From assembly GCA_947632325.1 (NCBI GenBank), contig CANROU010000001.1, forward strand, positions 7,997-71,996: DNA of 64,000 nt. Direction: 5' to 3'. Positions 17,352-27,835 of this stretch are shown piece after piece. The stretch is from an uncultured Bacilli bacterium. GTDB taxonomy: Bacteria > Bacillota_I > Bacilli_A > RF39 > UBA660. A program made the position numbers and the translations under genes. The notes under the pieces were generated by a model. It saw only the letters and a list, made by a program, of their open reading frames with translations. It searched no databases and had not been told where the DNA came from. Each line of letters starts with the position of its first letter. Position 1 is the first letter of the stretch.

Positions 17352-18557
17352 TTACCTACTATACCAACTTGATGGAAAATTAATTAAAGAAACAGCTCCA
17401 TGAAATCCTTGATGATATCTTCTTTCAACATAATCAGCATAATTTGACCATCGACTACAGTTAGGATCTGTTAAATCATAAAGCTTACAATCAGCAACTT
17501 CAAGATGCAAATGTACTCCATAAGCAAATCCTGTATCGCCCATGTTACCAATATATTGATCTGGAGTAATAGTTTGTCCTTCATAAATATTTGGAGACCA
17601 ACTACTCAAATGACAATATAAGGAACTATAGTTTTTACCAGTTACGGGATCATAATGGTAAATAAGCACCATTTTAGCACCATAACTATCTTTATATATT
17701 CTTTGAATCTTTCCAGCCGCAATTGGATAGACTCTTTCATTTCTTTTATTGGCACTACTCATATCAAGTCCTAAATGGAAATTATTACCAGCTATAACAA
17801 TATCGCGATAACCCATGTATCCTGTTATATATCCCTGTTGTATTGGTCGATAAAATCCTGAAACAGAAACATTTTTGGCACAATCAACACCCACGACATC
17901 CGTTGGTTTACATCCTAATTTTTGATAAGTTGCTACCATATCTTGATATATTTTTAATTGTTCTCTTGATGATACAGCTCCAACTTGAATACCAATTTTC
18001 TCATTTTCTAGAGATGAAATTTTACTATTTAATACTACCTTTTTCTCTTCTAACTCTACTTCTTTTTTGTTTAGTTCAACTTCTCTTTGCTTATTTTCTT
18101 CAATCATTTCTTCTAATTGATTTATAGTCTGTTCATTGTAATCTGTCAACTGTTCAACAATTGACATTCTAAAAACTAAATCCGTAATGTTTTCTGCCCC
18201 AAAAATGTATTCAAAATACACATTTTCACCTTCAGAAACCTGGAAATATTGAAATATTTGTTTTGTTTGCAAACTTTTTTCTTTTATTTCCTTATTATAA
18301 TCGTCAATTTCTTGATGCATTTGTTCAATCTCATTGACCATTTCTTTCATTTCATTATTAATGCTTTCTATCTCCGCTTTAGTCGCATTTATTTGACCTT
18401 CAGTTTGATTAATTTTCTCATTGGCTGTATTAACTTCTTGTTGGTAAGCATTTAATTTATTTATGTATTCTTGCAAAGTGGCAGCATCTACATGTATTGG
18501 TAGTAATACAGTAGAACTAATAACTATTGTTAAGCCTATAATTATTACTTTTTTCAT
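17352..18557 (-). CDS. M23-family peptidoglycan metalloendopeptidase with N-terminal coiled coil (EnvC/PcsB-like FtsEX partner)
   Basis: Signal peptide, ~200 aa of coiled coil, and a C-terminal LytM domain with HLHLEV. The start overlaps the ftsX stop. Confidence 0.7.
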   Translation of the reverse strand: MKKVIIIGLTIVISSTVLLPIHVDAATLQEYINKLNAYQQEVNTANEKINQTEGQINATKAEIESINNEMKEMVNEIEQMHQEIDDYNKEIKEKSLQTKQIFQYFQVSEGENVYFEYIFGAENITDLVFRMSIVEQLTDYNEQTINQLEEMIEENKQREVELNKKEVELEEKKVVLNSKISSLENEKIGIQVGAVSSREQLKIYQDMVATYQKLGCKPTDVVGVDCAKNVSVSGFYRPIQQGYITGYMGYRDIVIAGNNFHLGLDMSSANKRNERVYPIAAGKIQRIYKDSYGAKMVLIYHYDPVTGKNYSSLYCHLSSWSPNIYEGQTITPDQYIGNMGDTGFAYGVHLHLEVADCKLYDLTDPNCSRWSNYADYVERRYHQGFHGAVSLINFPSSWYSR

Positions 18558-19477
18558 TATACTTTTAAATACTTCCTAACGGCGGATGCACTACCAATCA
18601 TTCCAACCAACATTCCAACTAACGCTACAAAAAGGGAAACAATATAGACAAATGGCTGTGGATTTACTAATTGAATCAAAGATGAATATAACACTCCATT
18701 AAAGTGATCAAACAATAATGTATAACCATAAATAACAATTAAAATAGGAATAATTGAACCAATAAAACCAAGCACCATACCTTCAACAATAAAGGGAACT
18801 TTAATAGAAAAATTACTAGCTCCAACTAAACGCATTATCGATATTTCTCTTTTTCTTGAAAAAATAGTTAATTTAATAGTATTAATAATTAAAAATACTG
18901 TGACAACTATTAATGCTACAACAGCAACAATAGCGATTTTTTCAATAGTTGAAAAAGTTGATATTAAATTGTTAACCATTTCTTCCCCATAATTTACAAT
19001 ATCTACTTTTTCATATGAGCGAATAATATTAGCCGTATTTTTTATTTCTTCTATATTTTTTACCTTAATCAAAAATGAATCTTTTAACGGATTATCCTTT
19101 TCTTCCCATGTTTGCATAATTCCTTTAAACACATCTGATTCAGCCATCATTTCTTCTTTAGATTTAGCTTTAGACTTAAAGTTACATTTTTCGACATTAT
19201 TAAGTTTATTAATTTTTACTTCTAGTTCTTTAATTTCATCTTCAGTAATGTCATTATCTAAAAAGACAACCATTGTTACATCTTTTTGAATAACTTTTGA
19301 GAAGTGTTCTACATTATAAGAAGCTACCATAGAAACAGCTACAATAATTAAGGTAATAGTTATACACGTTATAGAAGCCATTGATAAACTAAAATTACGA
19401 AATACACTTTTGAACGCATCTCTTATACTGCGTCCTAACATTCTAAATATCTTCATTATGATACGTTCCTTTCTCAT
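18557..19477 (-). CDS. ftsX: cell-division ABC transporter permease FtsX
   Basis: Four TM segments with a large extracellular loop, FtsX-like topology, directly downstream of ftsE. The start may instead be the Met at 19456. Confidence 0.75.
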   Translation of the reverse strand: MRKERIIMKIFRMLGRSIRDAFKSVFRNFSLSMASITCITITLIIVAVSMVASYNVEHFSKVIQKDVTMVVFLDNDITEDEIKELEVKINKLNNVEKCNFKSKAKSKEEMMAESDVFKGIMQTWEEKDNPLKDSFLIKVKNIEEIKNTANIIRSYEKVDIVNYGEEMVNNLISTFSTIEKIAIVAVVALIVVTVFLIINTIKLTIFSRKREISIMRLVGASNFSIKVPFIVEGMVLGFIGSIIPILIVIYGYTLLFDHFNGVLYSSLIQLVNPQPFVYIVSLFVALVGMLVGMIGSASAVRKYLKV

Positions 19478-20141
19478 AATCTTTAACTAAGCGACCATCT
19501 TTTAACACCAATACTCTTTTCTTCATTTTATTAACAATGTCACGATCATGAGTGGCCATAATAATGGTTGTGCCACAAGTTTTATGAATATTATCTAAAA
19601 CTTTAACAATTTCCATACTTCTTTCTGGATCCAAATTACCCGTTGGTTCATCACAAATTAATAGTTTTGGTTCATTAACTATAGCTCTTGCAATAGCTAC
19701 CCTTTGTTGCTCACCTCCAGATAATTCATCTGGATAATTATGAACTTTTGCCTTTAATCCTACTAATTCAATAGCCTTTAGGGTCTTTGTCCTTATTTCT
19801 TCTTTCTTAGCTCCTAATACCTCTAAGGCAAAAGCCACATTTTCATATACATTAGATTTAGCTAATAATCGGTAGTCTTGAAAAACAATTCCTAACTTTC
19901 TTCTTATTTTGTATACTTTTTTATTTCTTAGCTTAGCGACATTAACACCACCAACAATTATTTCACCTAATGTAGGCTTTTCTTCACGATATAGCATTTT
20001 AATAAGAGTACTTTTTCCACTTCCTGATCCCCCAATAATAAAAGCAAATTCTCCTTTTTTTATAGTTAAATTCAAATCATAAATGGCGGTTACACCATTT
20101 TTATATTGCTTTTTAACATTTTTCATTTGAATAAAATCCAT
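19443..20141 (-). CDS. ftsE: cell-division ABC transporter ATP-binding protein FtsE
   Basis: Walker A GGSGSGKST, ABC signature LSGGEQQR, Walker B LLICDEPTGNLD. Confidence 0.85.
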   Translation of the reverse strand: MDFIQMKNVKKQYKNGVTAIYDLNLTIKKGEFAFIIGGSGSGKSTLIKMLYREEKPTLGEIIVGGVNVAKLRNKKVYKIRRKLGIVFQDYRLLAKSNVYENVAFALEVLGAKKEEIRTKTLKAIELVGLKAKVHNYPDELSGGEQQRVAIARAIVNEPKLLICDEPTGNLDPERSMEIVKVLDNIHKTCGTTIIMATHDRDIVNKMKKRVLVLKDGRLVKDYEKGTYHNEDI

Positions 20142-20203
20142 TAATTCACCACCTATTCTATTTCATTATACCATAAAACAAATTATTTGTCTTCATTAAC
20201 TAG

Positions 20204-21115
20204 TTATGCTCCTCCTTCTACTTGGTAAGCATCACTAACTACAAAGAAAGCTTCCTTATCAATAAGTTTAATACCTTCAGTCAATTGAAAATATTCTTTA
20301 GTTGGTACTACAGCTAATAAAACTTTACGTTTTTTTTCTAAAAAGCCACCTTTAACATCAAATACAGTTACACTATGTTTTAATTTTTCAATAATATATT
20401 GTTTTACAGCTTCATCATTTTTAGTAATAATGTAAAATGACTTATTCCGTGAGATGCCAAGTAAAACTCTATCTATTAATATACTATTAATATAAATGAC
20501 AATGATGGCATACATAACCATATTCCATCCAAAATAAATACCCCCTATAATTACTATGATACCATTCATTACTAAATTGGTCTTACTAATAGCTATATGT
20601 TTATATTTATAAAGTATTTGACTAATAATATTTAATCCACCACTACTAAAGCCTGTTTTAAACATTATACCAGAGGTTATTCCACTTATTAATCCACCAA
20701 ACAAAGATACTAATATCATATCAGTAGTATCTATTCTAATATAATCGGCAATATTAGCTGTAAAACTAACAAAAAAGGGATAAACGATTGTAGCATAAAT
20801 AGACGCCGATGTTTTTTCAATTCCTAAAAATAAAAAGCTAAAAATCAGTAACACTAGAGAAACAAAAAAGATAGAAATAGAAGGACTAATATTAAAAAAA
20901 TAGTCAGTTAAAATAGCTATACCATTAGTACCACCGGAAACAATTCTAGTTGGTAACAGCAATAAGTTAAAAGACATGGCAGAAATAAATAAAGCAATAG
21001 TTAAATAAAAATATCTTTTAATAAGATTACGTTTTTTAATGGTTTGTAATATATTTGGCATTTTATCTTGATTAAATATATCCATATTATTCACCTCCAA
21101 ATACTTCATAGGCAT
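20204..21115 (-). CDS. YitT-family membrane protein (DUF161 + DUF2179)
   Basis: Multi-TM N-terminal domain plus a C-terminal DUF2179-like domain. Tandem paralog of 21087..21983. Confidence 0.55.
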   Translation of the reverse strand: MPMKYLEVNNMDIFNQDKMPNILQTIKKRNLIKRYFYLTIALFISAMSFNLLLLPTRIVSGGTNGIAILTDYFFNISPSISIFFVSLVLLIFSFLFLGIEKTSASIYATIVYPFFVSFTANIADYIRIDTTDMILVSLFGGLISGITSGIMFKTGFSSGGLNIISQILYKYKHIAISKTNLVMNGIIVIIGGIYFGWNMVMYAIIVIYINSILIDRVLLGISRNKSFYIITKNDEAVKQYIIEKLKHSVTVFDVKGGFLEKKRKVLLAVVPTKEYFQLTEGIKLIDKEAFFVVSDAYQVEGGA

Positions 21116-21983
21116 CTGTTACTACAAAGAAAGCATCACTATCTATCTCATGAATTCCTTCTTTTAGTCTGTAATAATCTTTAGTTGGTATAACGCACAT
21201 TAATACTGTCTGTTTTTCTTTAGTGTATCCTCCCTTAGCATTAAAAATCGTTACGCCATGATTTAGATATTTTAAGATAAACTCTTTAACATCAGCTTCT
21301 TTATCCGTAATAATATAAAAAGCCTTACTATCAGAAATACCTAAAACAACTCTATCAGTCATTATGGTAATAATATATAAAACAATTAGAGCATACATCA
21401 ATTTAGTTGGTCCAAAAATAAAAACTCCCCCTAATACTATAAGACCATCACTCATTAACATACTTTTTCCAAGTGATACTTTCGCATATTTGGAAATAAT
21501 TTGATTAATAATATCTGTTCCGCCTGTTGTAAAACCGGCTTTAAAGATAAGACCTGTTCCAAAGCCTTGGATAACTCCTCCAAAAATTGCCGCTAATAAT
21601 AACTGGGTATTATCTATATCTAAAAAAACATCAATGTTAGCTGTTAATTTTACAAATAAGGGAAATAACAATGATCCTAATACTGATCCTAACGTTTTGT
21701 CTTTCCCAAGTAATATTAAACTGACTAAAAGTAATATTAGGGACGCCACTAAGATAAACAAAGAGGGATCAATGCCAAATAAACGTTTAAAAATAAGGGA
21801 TAAACCACTAACACCCCCCGCTACTAAAGAATTGGGTTCTAAAAATAAGTTAAAGGCTACAGCAACCAAAAAAACACCGATGACAAACTGAATGTATCTT
21901 TTGATTCGTGATTTGTGATATATTTGCTGTATAATGCTATCGTTTAATTTTTTTCTAGAACGAAAAGGCCAAGTTATTGTCAC
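21087..21983 (-). CDS. YitT-family membrane protein (DUF161 + DUF2179), paralog
   Basis: Homologous to the 20204..21115 product. Confidence 0.55.
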   Translation of the reverse strand: MTITWPFRSRKKLNDSIIQQIYHKSRIKRYIQFVIGVFLVAVAFNLFLEPNSLVAGGVSGLSLIFKRLFGIDPSLFILVASLILLLVSLILLGKDKTLGSVLGSLLFPLFVKLTANIDVFLDIDNTQLLLAAIFGGVIQGFGTGLIFKAGFTTGGTDIINQIISKYAKVSLGKSMLMSDGLIVLGGVFIFGPTKLMYALIVLYIITIMTDRVVLGISDSKAFYIITDKEADVKEFILKYLNHGVTIFNAKGGYTKEKQTVLMCVIPTKDYYRLKEGIHEIDSDAFFVVTDAYEVFGGE

Positions 21984-23081
21984 GATAATTCCTCCTTTAA
22001 ATATGCTTCAATAAATATATCTAGATTACCATCTAAAACCTTATCAACATTACTAGTTTCTACTCCAGTTCTATGATCTTTTACCATAGAGTAAGGGTGC
22101 ATAACATAACTTCTAATTTGTGAACCAAATTCAATATTTTTATGTTCACCTTTTATCTTTTGCATTTGTTCTTGTTGTTTTTCAATTTCTAATAATTGTA
22201 ATTTGCTTTTTAATATTTGAAGAGCTTTTTCTCTATTTTGAATTTGGCTTCTCTCATTTTGACATGTTACTACTATTTTTGTAGGTAAATGAGTAATTCT
22301 AACAGCACTATCAGTCGTATTAACATGTTGCCCCCCTGCTCCTGAAGATCTATAAACATCTATTTTTAAATCAGTATCTTTTATTTCTACATCTATAGTT
22401 TGATCAAATTGTGGTGTAACTTCTACTGAGGCAAAAGAAGTATGACGGCGATTATTAGAATCAAATGGTGATAATCTAACTAATCGATGAACCCCTTTTT
22501 CACCTTTTAAATATCCATAACTATTTTTTCCCTTGATCAATATTGAAGCACTTTTAATTCCGGCCTCTTCGCCTTCTAAATAATCAAGTACTTCTACCTT
22601 ATAATGTTTACTTTCACAATATCTAAGATACATGCGATATAACATCTCAGCCCAATCACAAGCTTCTGTTCCACCAGCTCCACTATGAACTTCTAATATA
22701 CAATTATTTTTATCATATTTTCCATTCAATAAAAGGATTAAGCGTAAGTTATCTAATTCTTTTTTAATAGTAGATACATCCTTTTCTACTAAAGAATACA
22801 TTTCTTTATCATATTCAACGGTTAATAATTCGCATAAATCTATATTACTATTTATCTTATCTTTCAATTCAGTTATACTGTTTACCACACTCTTTAAATC
22901 ATTGATTTCTTTTATTGTGGTCTCAACTTCATCTTTTTTATTCCAAAATGACGGATTATTTATTTTATCATCTAACTTTGCAATTTGGTTTTTCTTGTTA
23001 TCGATGTCAAAGAGACCTCCATAAATCTTCTATTTCTTTTTTACTGTTTAATAATACTTTTTTTATTTCACCTTGATCCAT
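21980..23081 (-). CDS. prfB: peptide chain release factor 2, with programmed +1 ribosomal frameshift
   Basis: A 24-codon leader from the ATG at 23081 ends at ...GGAGG TCT CTT TGA C (TGA at 23009-23007). The +1 frame continues as DIDNKKN... into the 302-aa ORF, which carries SPFDSNNRRHTSFASVEV and GGQ. Confidence 0.9.
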
Positions 23082-23194
23082 ATTATCCCTCTTTCTATTT
23101 TATTAGTAATAGTATATCTTATTTTTTTTATTATCTCAAGTGTTTATCAAAGCATAAGCTTTTTTTTATATCATATATTTTAATAGGTGAACAC

Positions 23195-23893
23195 ATGAAA
23201 ATTGTCGCTAGTAAAAATAATTTATTTAATATGGATTCTTTCCTTAATGATAGTAATAATAAAGATTACGTAACAGGCCTTTTTATTAATATCGCTACAA
23301 CCAAAAATAATCATTTAATTGTTTTTGATTATGTTAATAATAATTATAGTGATTTAGTAAATGTTGAAGAACAAACATTTGATGATATCCATAATGAATC
23401 AATTTTTTCATTAGAGGAACTTTTACAAAAACTTATTACGACAAATGTCCAAAAAGATATTTATCTAAATTTATTATTGAATTTTAATATAATTGATAAT
23501 AAAAAAATAGACTCATATATCGAACAAGTATTTTGCATAATTGATAAATATCCTACTATTTCTTTTCATCTTTGTAGTAACAACCAAAATCTTTTAGCTA
23601 ATTTAAAAACCTATGATCGCAATTATCCTATTGGATATATTATTGGTCCAGGGGGATATATTGATGTTGATTTTTATATTTTTTCAATTCATTTTTTAAA
23701 TACTAAAATCTTAAATGAACAACATGCTTTACAAAAAGGTATGTTGATTCAATTACTAGATTGGGCTGATCTGCAATATGTATGCAATTTTCTAGAAAAG
23801 GAAAAGGATTTTTTAACAAATGGTTTATGTGAAAAAATAAGCTATATTGGAGCTTATCCAGATATTATTCACAATAGTTTAAAAAATAAATAA
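23195..23893 (+). CDS. hypothetical protein
   Basis: ORF from the ATG at 23195, preceded by AGGTGA. The longer track ORF's N-terminus overlaps the prfB leader and is AT-rich, low-complexity sequence. Confidence 0.4.
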   Translation: MKIVASKNNLFNMDSFLNDSNNKDYVTGLFINIATTKNNHLIVFDYVNNNYSDLVNVEEQTFDDIHNESIFSLEELLQKLITTNVQKDIYLNLLLNFNIIDNKKIDSYIEQVFCIIDKYPTISFHLCSNNQNLLANLKTYDRNYPIGYIIGPGGYIDVDFYIFSIHFLNTKILNEQHALQKGMLIQLLDWADLQYVCNFLEKEKDFLTNGLCEKISYIGAYPDIIHNSLKNK

Positions 23894-23907
23894 TTGACCT
23901 TAGCCAA

Positions 23908-24408
23908 TTATTTATTTTCATTTTTACAAACAATTCCTTGTTGGGAATACATTTTTTTTATGCCAGATACAGTAAATTTATTATCACTATTCATAAATTC
24001 TTGTAGTGTCTGATGATCTTCAGCATATTTTTTAGTATCTATCTTATTATAATCAATCACAACAGTTCCAATCATTTTTTCTTTTTCCATCTTTGTCTCA
24101 TATTTAAACCCACTATAAATATCATCCAAAGTTTTATAAAGGTCTTTTATTTGTACCTCATAATCTTCAAGCATATCTTTGTTTTTAGATGTCATAGTAG
24201 TATTGTAGGTAATCTTATTAACAATATCTTTTTGATAATTTACTTGATAAGTAGATAATATTTCATAACCTTTTTCTTCATCAATTGTTTTATAATCACA
24301 AGTAAAACTTTTTCCTTTAAAAAGACTCGATTTATTAAGCAACACTACTCCTACTATGATAATACAAATGGCTATAATGCCTATTATAAGCGATATTTTT
24401 TTTTTCAT
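23908..24408 (-). CDS. hypothetical membrane-anchored/lipoprotein-like protein
   Basis: N-terminal KKKISLIIGIIAICIIIVGVVLL anchor. No recognisable domain. Confidence 0.4.
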   Translation of the reverse strand: MKKKISLIIGIIAICIIIVGVVLLNKSSLFKGKSFTCDYKTIDEEKGYEILSTYQVNYQKDIVNKITYNTTMTSKNKDMLEDYEVQIKDLYKTLDDIYSGFKYETKMEKEKMIGTVVIDYNKIDTKKYAEDHQTLQEFMNSDNKFTVSGIKKMYSQQGIVCKNENK

Positions 24409-24497
24409 TTTAAATCCTATCTCCTATTTTCATATTATAACAATTATACACCACGATTAACTATTTAAGCAAATATAATTATTTCATGTTAATTAAA

Positions 24498-26032
24498 ATA
24501 GGGATATCCCGAAATAAAATACCCCATATATATCCTTGTGTTACAATAATTTTTGTCCAGAAAATTATGAATGGAGGTATATATATGGGTCGTAATTATT
24601 CTAACAAAAATTTATCTATTTTGGAAATAGGAAATATTGAATTTTATTTAAATGAAGGGATATCTCCTGCTGATATAGCTAGGTTATTAAATAAAGATCC
24701 TTCTGGAATTAGAAAAGAAATTAAAAAATATTCTTCTTATTTTGGAAATCAAAGAAAATGTTCTAATTGTTTAAACAAGGATAATTGTCATCAAAAATAT
24801 CTTTGTGAAGATATTAGAGATAAGGTTAAATGTTCTCAATGTAAGTATTGTTCTTATGCTGTTAAAGTTTGTCCCAATTATAAAGTAATTATTGATTGTG
24901 AATTATTAAAAAAGAACCATCATGTTTGTAATGGGTGTCATTTATATTTGAAATGTAAAAAAGTTAAAATTAAATATCACGCTGAAACTGCTATTAAAAT
25001 GCACAATGCTGTTCAAAGAGTTTCTCGTATTGGTACTAAGGTTGATACTTTCCCAGAAGAATTTAAATCTTATGTATCTAGACTTATCAAAAATGGTATC
25101 TCTCCTCAAGTCATTATGAATACTCTTCCAAATAAATTTTTGATGTTCAAAGTTTCTACTCCTACTGTTTATTCTTGAATTGATAAAGGCTTATTAGACT
25201 GTTGTAATTTAGATTTAAGAAACAAAGTTTCTAAAATTAGATATGGTACCAATACCGAAAAAAGAAATACAGTTAGAAATCATCAATTAAATGGCAGAAG
25301 TATTGAAGACCTATCAGAGGAAGAAAGGATCAATAGACCTCTTGGTGTTGTTGAATTAGATACTGTTGAAGGCATTAAAGGTGGTGAACTTCTTTTTACT
25401 ATTATGTTCCCTTGTTTCTCTTTAATGCTTGGTTTTAAAATAAAAAGAAAAACTCAGGAAGAAATTGGCAATATATTAGATATGTTAGAGGATAAATTAG
25501 ATTCTTATTTTTATGTTCTTTTTAGAAAAGGAATTCCTGATAATGGTTGGGAATTTCTTGACTTTGATTTATTAGAAAAATCTATTCATAAGGATTTACA
25601 TAAAAGAATGGAAATTCATTATACACATTCTTATGCTTCGTATGAAAAGCCTCATATTGAAAATAATCATATCCTTTTAAGATGGTTAATCAAAAAAGGT
25701 TATGATATCACTCTTTTATCTGGTGATGATATTTTAGATATTATCAATCGCTTAAACAACTATCTTAGACCAAAAAAGAATTTTAAAACACCACTTCAAC
25801 TTTTAGAAGAAGAACTTGGAGATTATATTCTAGATTTATTAAATTTACATCATATTCCTATCGACCAATTAAATATGAAGGATATGATAATAAAAAATCA
25901 AGAGCGAACAAAGTGAGTTCATCTTGACTCTTGATTTTTTATTTCATATTTTTACCATTATTTTCCCAATAAAGTTTATCTTTATTGGTTATCAATTAGT
26001 AAAAACGGGATTTCTATTCGGGATTTCCTAAC
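24498..26032 (+). mobile_element. IS30-family insertion sequence (~1.5 kb) with imperfect terminal inverted repeats
   Basis: Left end ATAGGGATATCCCGAAATAAAATACCC (24498-24525). Right-end reverse complement TAGGAAATCCCGAATAGAAATCCCG (26003-26032). Encodes an IS30-type DDE transposase. Confidence 0.6.
24585..25916 (+). pseudogene. IS30-family DDE transposase, one in-frame TGA at 25179-25181 (otherwise a continuous 443-codon frame)
   Basis: N-terminal HTH plus a Cys-rich insert. DDE region ELDTVEG...IPDNGWEF...HSYASYEKPHIENNHILLRWLIKKG matches the IS30 signature. ORFs 24486..25178 and 25404..25916 are in the same frame and separated only by this TGA. Confidence 0.7.
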
Positions 26033-26972
26033 TTAAATTCACCAATTCTAAATATTTCTTTAACATTTCTATCTCTAATCCATTTATCAATTTAACAAAA
26101 TCAGTATAATCTTTCATTGTAAGGGCTTTATCTAAGGCTTCATAATATTGTAGTCTATCTTCTTTCTTTATAATTACTGGATTAAATCCATGTTTCATTA
26201 AATCTAAATTCATAATTAATCTTGATGTTCTTCCATTTCCATCAACAAAAGGATGAATTTTAACAAGTTCTCCATGCAATAACGTAGCTTGAATTATTGG
26301 ATGATATTTATTCCAAGTTTTATAATTTAAAATTAATTTTTCCATTAACTCAGGAACTTTTACAAAGTCTGGTGGAATATGAGTTGCTCCTTTTATAGTT
26401 ACATTTTCACTTCTATATCTTCCAGCATTTTCATCATCAATTTCCTTTAATATAAGAGTGTGTATATTTTTAATGTTCCACTCAGTAATTGGGTCATCAT
26501 CCTTTACTAAATCATTTAAAAACAAAATTGCGTGTTCGTGATTTATAGCTTCTAAGTGTTCCTTGATTGATTTGCCTCCAACAGTAATTTCTTCTAAAAC
26601 TACTTGGGTTTCTCTAAGGGTCAGAGTATTTCCTTCTATACCATTACTATTATAAGTCCATTCTAAATTAATTTTTTCTTGTAAAGTTCTAAGTGTATCT
26701 TTTGGTATAGGTCTTTTATTATCAAGTTCTTTTTTTAAATTGTCTACTTCATCAAAAAAATTATTTGGTAAATTAATAATAAAGTCATTATTATCAGGTT
26801 TTATAATCCTTTTATCAACTGGTTTTAGTGCATCAATTGGGATATTCCAACTATTTCCATTTTTGACTGCTCCTTCTATTCTTCCCTCTTTTAATAATTT
26901 TCTTATTCTTCTTTCACTAATATTCCATTTTAGAACAGCATCTTTTGTAGTCATAAATTCCATAGATATCAC
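26028..26972 (-). CDS. Fic-family protein (AMPylation/adenylyltransferase fold) with N-terminal HTH
   Basis: Fic motif HPFVDGNGRTSRL. The stop codon lies inside the IS30 right terminal repeat. Confidence 0.8.
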   Translation of the reverse strand: MISMEFMTTKDAVLKWNISERRIRKLLKEGRIEGAVKNGNSWNIPIDALKPVDKRIIKPDNNDFIINLPNNFFDEVDNLKKELDNKRPIPKDTLRTLQEKINLEWTYNSNGIEGNTLTLRETQVVLEEITVGGKSIKEHLEAINHEHAILFLNDLVKDDDPITEWNIKNIHTLILKEIDDENAGRYRSENVTIKGATHIPPDFVKVPELMEKLILNYKTWNKYHPIIQATLLHGELVKIHPFVDGNGRTSRLIMNLDLMKHGFNPVIIKKEDRLQYYEALDKALTMKDYTDFVKLINGLEIEMLKKYLELVNLS

Positions 26973-27245
26973 CTCTTAAACAATTATACCGCAAACGGTA
27001 TCTTTGGTCAATAATTTTAATCCTTTTTATTTATAATTTGTTTAATGCCTTTGAAAAAAATTTTTTAGATTTTCAATCACTCACAAACCTTATAAACCTA
27101 CTACATTCCGCAACAATATTTGTATTTCTTACCACTGCTACAAGCTCAATGCTATCTCATATTATCTGTATTATAAATATATTCCTTACGAGGCAAAATG
27201 CGGACAACGTCTACACTCGGTTGCTATAACAAAAATTTAATTTTG

Positions 27246-27728
27246 TTAATCAAAATATTTAACTAACATATATTCCTTATCTTCATTTAATTCCTTTTTG
27301 CCATCAAGATAATCATATCCTAATTTTCTATAAAACTCACATCCATATATTGAAGATGGAATAACTAGCTGTTTAACTTTGATTAATTTCGCATATTCTT
27401 CTATTTTTCTTATTAATAGTTTTCCAATTCCTTGACGATGATTTTCCATTCTAACAAAAACAGTTAAAATTATATATTTTGTTCCAGTATCATCACCCCA
27501 AAATTTATCAATACTCGCAGTACCAACTACCTCATTATTTTTTAATGCAACAAAACATTTAGTTCTATTTGGAAAATTTTTTTTGATTTCATTTTCTGTA
27601 AAAAGCTTTGATAATTTATCTACAACTTCTTTGCCATGATCTTTTATTATTATTTCATACATATTGCTTAATATTATATCCGACATTTCTTTTGCATACT
27701 TTTCTTCATATTCTTTGATCTCTATCAT
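27246..27728 (-). CDS. GNAT-family N-acetyltransferase
   Basis: 160 aa with an acetyl-CoA binding motif (RQGIGKLLIRKIEEYAK). Confidence 0.65.
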   Translation of the reverse strand: MIEIKEYEEKYAKEMSDIILSNMYEIIIKDHGKEVVDKLSKLFTENEIKKNFPNRTKCFVALKNNEVVGTASIDKFWGDDTGTKYIILTVFVRMENHRQGIGKLLIRKIEEYAKLIKVKQLVIPSSIYGCEFYRKLGYDYLDGKKELNEDKEYMLVKYFD

Positions 27729-27835
27729 AACAATCTCCTCTCATACATCAAGATTTTACATTATTGAATTCTATCATTTTACTTATTAACTTTTATGGAT
27801 ATTATTTTATAACACAACAAGATTAAAGTCAAAAG

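Noticed and set aside
22985-23194. N-terminal 70 codons of the track ORF 22985..23893
   Set aside because: They overlap the prfB leader/frameshift region on the opposite strand and translate to F/L/Y-rich low-complexity sequence. The gene more plausibly starts at the ATG at 23195, which has a GGTGA RBS.
24486-25916. Host using genetic code 4 (TGA=Trp), which would make the IS30 transposase intact
   Set aside because: prfB (RF2, which reads UGA) is present with a UGA-based frameshift site, and all long housekeeping ORFs are uninterrupted. TGA is a stop in this genome, and the in-frame TGA is confined to the IS.
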